From positions 2,176,001 to 2,240,000 of the forward strand of contig OZ253375.1 in the NCBI GenBank assembly GCA_965261005.1: 64,000 nucleotides of DNA, given 5' to 3'. Below are positions 1-9,851 of the stretch, one piece after another; within the stretch, counting starts at the first letter, position 1, and every line of letters begins with the position of its first letter. The DNA is from Deinococcus sp. GTDB lineage: Bacteria; Deinococcota; Deinococci; Deinococcales; Deinococcaceae. The translations under genes were made by a program, and so were the position numbers. The notes beneath the pieces are model-generated. The model searched no databases and was not told the origin of the DNA. It worked only from the letters and a program-made list of their open reading frames with translations.

Positions 1-478
1 TCTCGTCATAAGGCAGGTCCTCCACGAAGCGCAGCACCAGCGCCTCGCGGTAATCGGGCGCCAGCGTCATCAGGGCGTTTTGCACCCGCTCGGCGGTGTC
101 GGCGCTTTCGGCCCGTGCGGCCGGGCCGCGCGCCCCGCTCTCCACCTCGAAGCCCACCTCCTCGCCGGCCTCGTCGAGGGAAAAGCGCGGCAGCTGCTTG
201 CGGCGGTGGCGCTCGATCTGGGTATTGCGCGCGATCTGGTACAGCCACGGCAGCACCCGCTCGCCCGCCTTGAAGGTCTTGATCGAGCGCCAAGCGCGGT
301 AAAACACTTCCTGCGTGAGGTCGAGGGCGTCCTCGCGGTTGCCTTCCAATCGGAACAGGTAATTGTACATGCGCCCCTCGTGCGCGCTCACAAAAGCGTG
401 CCACGCCGCCTCGTCGCCGGCGCACAATGGGCGCAGCGCGGCGGACGTCAGAATCTCGGCCGCTTCCACCTCTTTCAT
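1..478 (-). CDS. ECF (sigma-70 group 4) RNA polymerase sigma factor, 3' end runs off the window
   Basis: Manual translation (not in ORF track): MKEVEAAEIL...GDEAAWHAFVSAHEGRMYNYLFRLEGNREDALDLTQEVFYRAWRS...PWLYQIARN (region 2)...YREALVLRFVEDLPYDE (region 4). Confidence 0.9.
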   Translation of the reverse strand, partial: MKEVEAAEILTSAALRPLCAGDEAAWHAFVSAHEGRMYNYLFRLEGNREDALDLTQEVFYRAWRSIKTFKAGERVLPWLYQIARNTQIERHRRKQLPRFSLDEAGEEVGFEVESGARGPAARAESADTAERVQNALMTLAPDYREALVLRFVEDLPYDE

Positions 479-549
479 TACGCCGCCACGCCCGCAAAGG
501 TTGCCATGCGGGCAGCATACGGAGTTTGCGCGGCGCTATGCTGTGCCGC

Positions 550-873
550 GTGGAAGCCCCGCCCAACCTCCTCGCCTCGCTGCTGCCCGCCCTGTCGCTG
601 GGGGGCGTGCTGGGTTTCAGCGCCGGCTACGCCGTCAAGCGGGTCGGCCGGCTGGTTATCTTCGTGGTGGGCGCCTTGTTCGTGTTGGTTCAGCTGCTGG
701 CCTACTGGGGCGTCCTCAGCGTCAATTGGGGCGAGGTCCAGACGGCCACCGAGCCGCTCTTGCAAGACGGGGCGCGGCAAGGGTCGGCCTGGCTGTGGCG
801 GGTGCTGACCGCCAACCTGCCCTTTGGCGCCGCCTTTACGGCCGGCGTGGCGCTGGGGCTGCGGGCGCGCTGA
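550..873 (+). CDS. FUN14-family small membrane protein
   Basis: LSLGGVLGFSAGYAVKRVG...VQLLAYWGVLSVNW...FTAGVALG pattern; GTG start 7 nt after TATGCT (leaderless). Confidence 0.8.
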   Translation: MEAPPNLLASLLPALSLGGVLGFSAGYAVKRVGRLVIFVVGALFVLVQLLAYWGVLSVNWGEVQTATEPLLQDGARQGSAWLWRVLTANLPFGAAFTAGVALGLRAR

Positions 874-888
874 CCGGACGCCAAAAAG

Positions 889-1371
889 CTAGGCGTCCTC
901 CTCGAAGTCTTCCTCGCCGTGAACGTGGCCGTGTTCCAGCTCCTCGGGGGTGGCGTCGCGGATGCCGAGCACCGCCACCTGAAAGTCGAGCGTCTCGCCG
1001 GCCAGGGGCGGGTTGAAGTCCACCTTGACCCCTTCGGGCAGCACCTCGATGACGGTTAAGGGCGTGATGGAGCCGTCCTCGCTTTGGGCGTAGTACGAGG
1101 CGCCCACCTCCACGTCATCGTCGAAGTCCTCGCGGGGAAGCACCTGTACGTTGTCCTCGTCGCGCACGCCGTAGCCGTCCTCCGGGGCGACCGTCACCTG
1201 CAAGCTGTCGCCGACCTGCTTGCCGCTCAGGGCGCGCTCCAGGCCGGGGATGATGTTGTGGTGCCCCTGCAAGTAGATGAGCGGCTCGCCCGGCTCGCTC
1301 TGATCCACGATCTCGCCGCCCACGCGCAGGGTGTACTCCAGCTCGACGACCTTGTTGTCCGCAATCTTCAT
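889..1371 (-). CDS. slyD: FKBP-type peptidyl-prolyl isomerase SlyD
   Basis: MKIADNKVVELEY, YLQGHHNIIPGLE, DFNPPLAGETL, ATPEELEHGHVH; GGAGG SD upstream. Confidence 0.92.
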   Translation of the reverse strand: MKIADNKVVELEYTLRVGGEIVDQSEPGEPLIYLQGHHNIIPGLERALSGKQVGDSLQVTVAPEDGYGVRDEDNVQVLPREDFDDDVEVGASYYAQSEDGSITPLTVIEVLPEGVKVDFNPPLAGETLDFQVAVLGIRDATPEELEHGHVHGEEDFEEDA

Positions 1372-1693
1372 AGCGTCCCCTCCACCTAACCGGCTGCCTC
1401 GAATTCCGCCCAAGTCTAGCAGCCAATCCCCGCGATCAAACGGCCCGTCACGCTTTAAAATTGGTTCATCCGTTATTCTTGAGGGCCGTGGGGCGCGGGC
1501 ATTTCGGCCCGGTCCAATTTGTAGGTTTTATCGGCGCGCGCGGTCCTGACTCGGCCGGGCGCGGCACCGAAAGGAGTCAAGACATGAAAAGAGCTGAGTA
1601 CTCGTGCGTCGGGCCGAAGCCGCCTTCGGCCCTTACCCGCGTCCGCTGGGCGCGAACGTTGGAAGGGCGCCAACCTTCGCTTGGAGGGGTGTG

Positions 1694-3034
1694 ATGCACA
1701 AGGTAGCGATTGTCGGCCGTCCCAACGTGGGCAAGTCGAGTTTGTTCAACCGTCTGGTCGGGCGCCGTGAGGCGGTGGTCGCCGACGTGCCCGGCGTCAC
1801 CCGCGATGTCAAAGAGGGCGTGATGCTGTATGAGAACCACCGCATCGTCCTGATGGACACCGGCGGCCTCTGGGGCGGCGACGAGTGGGAGGCGCCCATC
1901 CGCCAAAAGGCCGAGTGGGCCATGGAGGGCGCCCTCGCGGTCATCTTCGTGCTGGACCCGCGCGGGGGCCTGAGCGCCGCCGACGAGGAGGTGGCCCAGT
2001 GGCTGCGCCGCCTGGGCAAGCCGGTGGTGGTCGCCGCCAACAAGATTGACTCGCCCAAGCACGACGCCTACCTGGCCGATTTGTGGGGCCTCGGCTTCGG
2101 CGAGCCGGTGCCCATCAGCGCCGAGCACGCGCGCGGCCTCGACGAGCTGATGGACCAGGTGCTCGCGTACCTGCCGGACGACGACGAGGACGTGTCCGAG
2201 GTGGCCCCCATTCGCCTCTCCCTGATCGGGCGACCCAACGTGGGCAAGTCGAGTTTGCTCAACGCCATCACCGGGGACGAGCGCGTGATCGTCTCGCCGC
2301 AGCCCGGCACCACCCGCGACAGCGTGGACGTGGAGTGGGACTACGCCGGGCAGCGCTTCGTGTTGGTGGACACCGCCGGCATCAGGAAGCGCCCCGAGAG
2401 CGCCGTCGAGGAGTACGCCATGCTGCGCTCTGAAGCGGCCGTTGGGCGCTCGGACGTGATTTTGTTGGTGGTCAACGCCGGCGAGATCGGCGATCACGAG
2501 CTGAAGCTGGCCAACCTCGCCTACGACGCCGGCAAGCCGGTGGTCGTGGTGGTCAACAAATGGGACTTGGTGCCGGGCGACGAGCTGAAGCGCACCGAGA
2601 AGTTCCTCAACGAGAAGCTGGCCCACATCGGCTTCGCGCCCAGGGTGTACACCAGCGCCATCAACGACTACGGCATTCACGACCTGCTGGCCGAGGCCAT
2701 CAAGCTGCACGACAAGTGGCAGTCGCGCATTCCGACCAGCGACCTCAACCGCTGGCTGGAGGTGTGGCAAATGCGCCAGCGGGTGCCCAACTTTCAGGGC
2801 CGCCCGCTCAAGATGTACTTCATGACCCAGGTGGAGACGGCCCCACCCACCTTCGTGATCTTTTGCAACCGCGCCGACTACGTGACGCGCGCCTACGAGA
2901 ACTTTCTGCACAACCGCATTCGCGAGGACTTGGATTTGGCGGGCGTGCCGGTCAAGCTGGTCTGGCGCGAAAAGGGACCGTACAAGAAAAAGGACCGCGC
3001 AAGGGAGGCGCGCGGCGAGGAAAAGACGGCTTGA
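1694..3034 (+). CDS. der: Ribosome biogenesis GTPase Der (EngA)
   Basis: Two GRPNVGKSS P-loops, two NKxD motifs, C-terminal KH-like domain (PPTFVIF). Confidence 0.98.
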   Translation: MHKVAIVGRPNVGKSSLFNRLVGRREAVVADVPGVTRDVKEGVMLYENHRIVLMDTGGLWGGDEWEAPIRQKAEWAMEGALAVIFVLDPRGGLSAADEEVAQWLRRLGKPVVVAANKIDSPKHDAYLADLWGLGFGEPVPISAEHARGLDELMDQVLAYLPDDDEDVSEVAPIRLSLIGRPNVGKSSLLNAITGDERVIVSPQPGTTRDSVDVEWDYAGQRFVLVDTAGIRKRPESAVEEYAMLRSEAAVGRSDVILLVVNAGEIGDHELKLANLAYDAGKPVVVVVNKWDLVPGDELKRTEKFLNEKLAHIGFAPRVYTSAINDYGIHDLLAEAIKLHDKWQSRIPTSDLNRWLEVWQMRQRVPNFQGRPLKMYFMTQVETAPPTFVIFCNRADYVTRAYENFLHNRIREDLDLAGVPVKLVWREKGPYKKKDRAREARGEEKTA

Positions 3035-3057
3035 AAACTGTGATATGAGCGCACATT

Positions 3058-3117
3058 GGATCTCTTGCGAAAGTGAGCATCGAGGTTGTCCCCGATGCTC
3101 ACTTTCGTAGGAGGTCT
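3058..3117. mobile_element. 60-bp hairpin mini-element (MITE-like) built from IS5-family terminal repeats
   Basis: 25-bp arms GGATCTCTTGCGAAAGTGAGCATCG / CGATGCTCACTTTCGTAGGAGGTCT resemble the IS ends at 7140 and 7991; flanked by ATT on both sides. Confidence 0.75.
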
Positions 3118-5215
3118 ATTGACTCCAGGAATTGGCCCGCTGGTCGTTGATATGCACCCAGAACCTTCCGGTGGGCGCGGACGCGCTGTCCGCGTAGTAG
3201 CGAAAGCCACCCTGGCCGTCATGAAACTCGGCCATTCTCCACTCCGGGCCGAAGGTGCGCGCGCACCATGAGTTGGCGGTGTCGAGCGAGCTGAGATCGG
3301 CCCCGACGACCGGCGGCGTGAAGCGCACCTCACCGTGAGCCCAGCCGTGGTAAAAGTCGGGGGCGACGGGCAGGGACGCGGGTACCGGGCGTCCATCCTG
3401 CTTCAGGCACATGACGGACAAACTGACATCGTTCGCCGTGTCGCCCTGATAGACATTGCTCTGGTCGTCAACGCCGACCATGATGACGCCGGGGGCTGCG
3501 TTGGGATTGAGCACCCGCCAGGTCATCCCGGGATGCTTGGCAAAGGTCCGCACGGCGCAGTTACCGTCGTCCATCGTCTTTCCGCCTGTTTGCGGCATGA
3601 ACAGCTGAGAGAAGACGGTGCAGGTTGCGAAGGGCGATGTCGAATCCCGCCATTGATTGTTGTCGTCCAGACTGTGAATGTAGCCCAGGGCGGCGTTAGG
3701 CTGAAGGTCCGCCGTCGGGCCGCCAAATTCGCCGATCAGGCGCCGGAACTCGCCTGAACTGAGCAGAATCAGCTTGCTCATGGTGAGCGTGTTGTAGGCG
3801 GCGGGCAGCTTCATCACGTCGAAGCGCTGCTCTGGATTGGTCTTGCCCGAGGCGTCAATCTGGAGCAGCGTTCGATTGACCTCTTGTAAGTTGGTCGTTT
3901 TTCCTGGCGCCTGGGCCATCACCTGATCGAAGATGGCGTCGCTACCCTCCAGGAGCGCCTTCAATTCGTCCGGGGTGTACCCGGTCGCGCGCTTGACCAG
4001 ACTGTCCACCAAGCGCTCTTTCAACTCTTTGAGAATGTCGATGTTGAAGAAGTTGATGCTCAAAATTTTCCCCAGCAGGTCGGGTGCGCCGGCCATGGAG
4101 AGCAGGTGGTCATAGATGTAGCGCTGCCCGACCTCCTTGGCACGGTCGACGTTCATGCTGGCCTGTGACAAGTCCGCCGAGGTCGAGGTGAAGACCAGCG
4201 CCTTGTTGATCTCATGGCTGGTCTCAGGCCAGGCGCGCAACCCGTCGTCAATGTCGCGCCGCCAATGCTCACGGTAGGTCGTCTGTACGGCGTGGGCGGC
4301 TACATATGCCGATAACCTTGTGCTCCAGTATGCCTTGCACGGCATGTTGTACCACTTGCAAGCCTTCAGCTTGCTTATGTATTCGGACTTGGTGTTGTAA
4401 TACTTGTCGATCTCTTGTTGAAGTCCGGCGCGCATCTTCGAGAAGATGAAAGGCACGGAGAAATCAGTTCCGGGGCCTTCATACAGCCCTTCAACACTGC
4501 CGTTGAGCGCGGGGTCGTGCAGCGGGGTGCCCGGCTTGGCGTCAATCATTTGGCGGTAGATGTAATCCTGAACGCCGTCTATGCTCAGGTCGGCGGTGGT
4601 CACATAGTCGGAAACGTTCGAGGTGGGGGTCCCCAGCGGGCGGTCGAACTTGAGGATGTTGGGCGTCCGCTTGCCGATGTAACCCTCAAGCACGAGGTGC
4701 TTGAGCGCATTTGTGGGCGGAGTTATTGTGAACTTGTCTTCCGTGTACTCATCGATCAAAGTATGGCCGAACATGTCGCCGCCCGCGTGGGTCAGGTAGC
4801 CGGCGACAAAGGCTTTGACCGCGCCGCTTTCGCCGCGGCTGGTGTTCCACAGATGCTCCAGCCACTTGTCGGAATTGATGCCCTCGGTCGGCCCAGGATG
4901 GATGACCTGCTGACCCGTCAGAATGTCGGGGTAGGCGTCTGGTCCGGTCACGCCCGCACGGTATTGGCTGGGATTGGCGCGTAGCGCGGCGAGCAGATCA
5001 GGATCGACGGCGTACTGCCTGGTAATGGGCTGTCCGGTGGCGGGCGAAATCTGCACGTGTCCGTTCAACAATACGTTTACGGTGATGTTACCGTCGTCGA
5101 GCGCGTCTCTGAGCGCCTCCTCGGCCAAGTACATATGGGTAGCGGGTTTCCAGGCGCCCGCCGTGGAGAAGGCGGCGAGCGCCAACAAAACGCTGATGCG
5201 GCGAGGTGTGTTCAC
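3116..5215 (-). CDS. Secreted zinc-dependent phospholipase C / P1-nuclease-fold protein with extra C-terminal domain
   Basis: GTG start overlaps the upstream stop (GTGA); signal peptide ending AGA|WKPATH; GPDAYPD, GYLTHAGGDMFGH and KHLVLEGY candidate Zn-ligand motifs. Confidence 0.8.
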   Translation of the reverse strand: MNTPRRISVLLALAAFSTAGAWKPATHMYLAEEALRDALDDGNITVNVLLNGHVQISPATGQPITRQYAVDPDLLAALRANPSQYRAGVTGPDAYPDILTGQQVIHPGPTEGINSDKWLEHLWNTSRGESGAVKAFVAGYLTHAGGDMFGHTLIDEYTEDKFTITPPTNALKHLVLEGYIGKRTPNILKFDRPLGTPTSNVSDYVTTADLSIDGVQDYIYRQMIDAKPGTPLHDPALNGSVEGLYEGPGTDFSVPFIFSKMRAGLQQEIDKYYNTKSEYISKLKACKWYNMPCKAYWSTRLSAYVAAHAVQTTYREHWRRDIDDGLRAWPETSHEINKALVFTSTSADLSQASMNVDRAKEVGQRYIYDHLLSMAGAPDLLGKILSINFFNIDILKELKERLVDSLVKRATGYTPDELKALLEGSDAIFDQVMAQAPGKTTNLQEVNRTLLQIDASGKTNPEQRFDVMKLPAAYNTLTMSKLILLSSGEFRRLIGEFGGPTADLQPNAALGYIHSLDDNNQWRDSTSPFATCTVFSQLFMPQTGGKTMDDGNCAVRTFAKHPGMTWRVLNPNAAPGVIMVGVDDQSNVYQGDTANDVSLSVMCLKQDGRPVPASLPVAPDFYHGWAHGEVRFTPPVVGADLSSLDTANSWCARTFGPEWRMAEFHDGQGGFRYYADSASAPTGRFWVHINDQRANSWSQ

Positions 5216-6147
5216 TTCGACCCCTGAAATGGACGGGGCGGGCTGGGGTCGAACGGCGGAAAGGGGACCCGTGGGGGAAGCGGAATAGGTTGCCATGTGA
5301 AGACTGGCCTGCTGTCGTAGACGCTTTGAGCTTGCTGCGCTTGTGCAGGCGAGATCAGGCCGGGATCTTGATCGAGCCGCACGGCGCTTCCCACGTCCGG
5401 CTGCACACGCGTTCCGGTCTGAGTGATCAAGGTGGGCAGCCCGGCAGGCACTATATAGGCGACGTCGTTGACGTCGTCGGGAACGGCCAACCAATGAAAG
5501 TTAAATGGATCGTACGACCGTGCGCTGTCACCCAGCGCGATGGCAACGACGGTATCTGGGGAGGCGACGTCCGGCGCTCGGCGCGCGGCTTCGGTCGGAC
5601 CGTCCAGCTGGCTCACAGGAGCGTCGAAGAGGACAAAGGTCGTCTCGTCGGTCGCGCGCTCGCCACCCACGTAGAGCGGCGCCTTGGCCAAACCGGCGAC
5701 GCGCCCATCGGCCAGCAGCAGAGGAATCAAGGCCGCGTTGCCAAATCTGCGCAGTTGCTGTTGAAGGGTTCCTGCACGCGCAGCGTCCTCTTCAGCACTG
5801 GCGGCGGCGTCAATTTCGAAGTCAACGGGTGACAGCAGCTCAGTGGGCGTGCCGGCACGCAAGGCGCCGCCGATGAACCGGCCCTGGGCGTCAAGCAGTG
5901 GCACGGCCCAGGCCGGCGTCTGTCCGGATCCCTGCCAAATGAGATCGTCAATCTGAAGCGCGGCAGCGGCCTCTTGTGGCGTACGCAAATCCCCCACTTC
6001 GTCAGAGACGGGCATGATTGACTGGGCGCGCAACGGCGAGACAGAATTTGTCGCCGTTTTGGGAGCGTTAGCAGGTACGTTTGTTCCACAACTGGCGAGC
6101 AGCAGGGTGGCCGTCGCAAGCGCAACGTGTCGAACTGTAATGGGCAT
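5212..6147 (-). CDS. Uncharacterised lipoprotein with Pro-rich C-terminus
   Basis: MPITVRHVALATATLLLAS-C lipobox; AAAGGA SD; coupled to the downstream gene. Confidence 0.8.
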   Translation of the reverse strand: MPITVRHVALATATLLLASCGTNVPANAPKTATNSVSPLRAQSIMPVSDEVGDLRTPQEAAAALQIDDLIWQGSGQTPAWAVPLLDAQGRFIGGALRAGTPTELLSPVDFEIDAAASAEEDAARAGTLQQQLRRFGNAALIPLLLADGRVAGLAKAPLYVGGERATDETTFVLFDAPVSQLDGPTEAARRAPDVASPDTVVAIALGDSARSYDPFNFHWLAVPDDVNDVAYIVPAGLPTLITQTGTRVQPDVGSAVRLDQDPGLISPAQAQQAQSVYDSRPVFTWQPIPLPPRVPFPPFDPSPPRPFQGSK

Positions 6148-6428
6148 TATCCGTCCTTTGGAAGAAGCCAACCGTATTGAGGCGCGATGCGTCGAGGCCG
6201 ATGTATGAGGTCGGCACGGGCGTATCTGGTCGGATTGGGCGGTGTACAGGTTCCCGTGTATCTCGGTGAAAAAGTGTTCTTTGAGCTGAGCGCGCCCCCA
6301 GTGAAGATGAGAACGAATGGATAATACCGAGCTAACGGACGGCGCCCCGAGCGCCATCACCCCTTTCCGCGGCTGCTACAGCTACACGCTTTTGATCTGA
6401 GCGCACTTTGCCATAACATGAATTTGAA

Positions 6429-7118
6429 ATGAAACGGCTTCTTTCAAGTAAAACCGGCCGGTCATGGGGTGTCGTGGACACGCCGAGCGCGGCGGCCATG
6501 CTTCTGGATAAGGAGACATTGCGCTTTTTCGCCCCCTTTCTTGGCCGTGCTCGAACGGTCAGTCAAGCGGCGCGCCACGCACACGCGCGTGTTGATACCA
6601 CGATGTACCGCGTCGAGCGTTTGTTGGAGGCAGGGCTGCTCACACGTGTTGACGTTTCGGGTTTGCGTGGTCGCAAGCGTTACAAAGCGGTGGCAGACCG
6701 CTTCGTAGTTCCGTTTGACGCCACCCGCTTTGAGACGCTGGTCGACTTGCTGCTGCACCATGCCGCCGAACACCAACGTCAGTTCGCCCGAGGCTTGGTC
6801 GCTGCCATGGCGGGAGACGAAGGCGGTTGGATGCTGCGCGTTCACCGCGATGATGAGAATGACCGTGAGAGTCTAACTGTGGACGCTGCCCCACAAGGTC
6901 AACTGGATTGGCAGATGACCGAGATGCTTGCACACGACGCGCCGGCTACCTGGTTTACCTGGCAGGGACTGCGGCTCAAACAGGCACATGCCAAGGCGTT
7001 GCAGAGAGAATTACTTTCTCTGTGGCAACGCTACGACGCCTTGAGCTTCGGAGCAGAAACGGACGAACCCTACGTCAAGCACATGCTCCAACTTCATTTA
7101 ACGCCCATTGAGGAGTGA
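6429..7118 (+). CDS. Winged helix-turn-helix (ArsR-like, Deinococcus-type) transcriptional regulator
   Basis: FFAPFLGRARTVSQAA...YRVERLLEAGLL...KRYKAVADRFVVPF N-terminal wHTH plus a C-terminal domain. Confidence 0.8.
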   Translation: MKRLLSSKTGRSWGVVDTPSAAAMLLDKETLRFFAPFLGRARTVSQAARHAHARVDTTMYRVERLLEAGLLTRVDVSGLRGRKRYKAVADRFVVPFDATRFETLVDLLLHHAAEHQRQFARGLVAAMAGDEGGWMLRVHRDDENDRESLTVDAAPQGQLDWQMTEMLAHDAPATWFTWQGLRLKQAHAKALQRELLSLWQRYDALSFGAETDEPYVKHMLQLHLTPIEE

Positions 7119-7139
7119 TAGCGGTTCTGACAAGCTATG

Positions 7140-7991
7140 AGACCTCTTGCGAAAGTCAAGATTGGCAGGCGAGGTCGAGGTTACAGAGGGCGGCAAGGAG
7201 GTTGAGGCGCAGAGGGAGCGCTTGCGGCGATGGCGGTAAGTCTCCTTGAGAATGCCAAAGACCTTGAGCCGACGAATGGTGCAGGGCCACCAGCCGAACA
7301 CCCGAGTGCGCCCGGTTCTTCGTGCGCTGCGCCTGTGTCAAGGTGCCTCCAGGCTTCTTCTTGTGCGGCAACACCATGTTCTGGTGATCGCGTCCCACCC
7401 CTTGATACCCGGAGTCAGCGCGCAGTTGCGTCAAGTCGCGCATGGCTCCTTTACCCGTCGCCGTACACAGGATCGCCAAGGTCACGGCGTGGATGACCAC
7501 CTGAGTTTTCAGCGTGTGAGCTTCTCTTTCTCGCTGTAGTACGCCCGCTGTTTTTTTGGGGCCGTTCACACGGCGCCTCACTCACGTCCACCACGACCAC
7601 GGAGGAAACGGTGTCGTCACAGAGCGCCCGTTTACCTGGAAGGGTGAACTGGCCACTCTGGATCAGTGCGTCGGGGGCCCGTGTGACCGTGCGCTGAGCG
7701 CTGCTTTCGGTCATGCCCCAACGATAGCCCAGGTGGAACAGGGTAGGATACTTCCGCCAAAATTCGAGCGTCATGAGCAGCTGGTCCTCGATCAGCAAGG
7801 CGGCGGGACGGCCGGACTTCTTCTTGGCGGCTTCACGTGCGCGCAGCACTTCGACCATCTCAGCGTAGGTTTCTGGGTATACCCCGGTCAGCCGCCGAAA
7901 TTGCCTTCGCCCCAGTCGCTGCGCTTCCTCGTACTTCTTCACTTGTACTCCAACGTCCTTGCCCCTTGTGCCTCACTTTTGCAAGAGGTCT
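7140..7991 (-). mobile_element. IS5-family (ISL2/IS702-like) insertion sequence, transposase degraded
   Basis: Terminal IRs AGACCTCTTGCGAAAGT / ACTTTTGCAAGAGGTCT; FRRLTGV HTH, ERPQK + A7 slippery site, HTLKTQ, ADSGYQG and IRRLKVFGILKETYR motifs. Confidence 0.93.
7156..7942 (-). pseudogene. IS5-family transposase pseudogene
   Basis: Conserved motifs are spread over several frames; after the expected -1 shift (QKKQRAYYS) the frame stops early. Confidence 0.85.
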
Positions 7992-8144
7992 ATTTTTGGC
8001 GTGCGGCCCCATGGGGCCGCACGCCCCTCGTTTTCTCAAGTTGTCTAGCGCGGCCCACAATTTCTCATGTATTCACGCTCCTCAGCTGGTTATCCTTGCG
8101 ACGTCGGTCACAATTTGACGCCCCGTTCACCGCAGGAGACTCGA

Positions 8145-9803
<1,659 letters not shown>

Positions 9804-9819
9804 GCTTAGGAAAGCGTGA

Positions 9820-9843
9820 GGCGCCGCCCACAGGGGCGGCGCC
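9820..9843. terminator. GC-rich hairpin between convergent genes
   Basis: GGCGCCGCCC-ACAG-GGGCGGCGCC. Confidence 0.6.
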
Positions 9844-9851
9844 CTTCCCAT

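Noticed and set aside
1560..1585. CACCGAAAGGAGTCAA resembling a glycine riboswitch core
   Set aside because: Lacks the GGAGA 5' element and CTCTCAGG 3' element, and the downstream gene is unrelated
5216..5494. N-terminal 93 aa of the 792-aa ORF
   Set aside because: Overlaps the lipoprotein gene; the signal peptide and SD point to GTG at 5215
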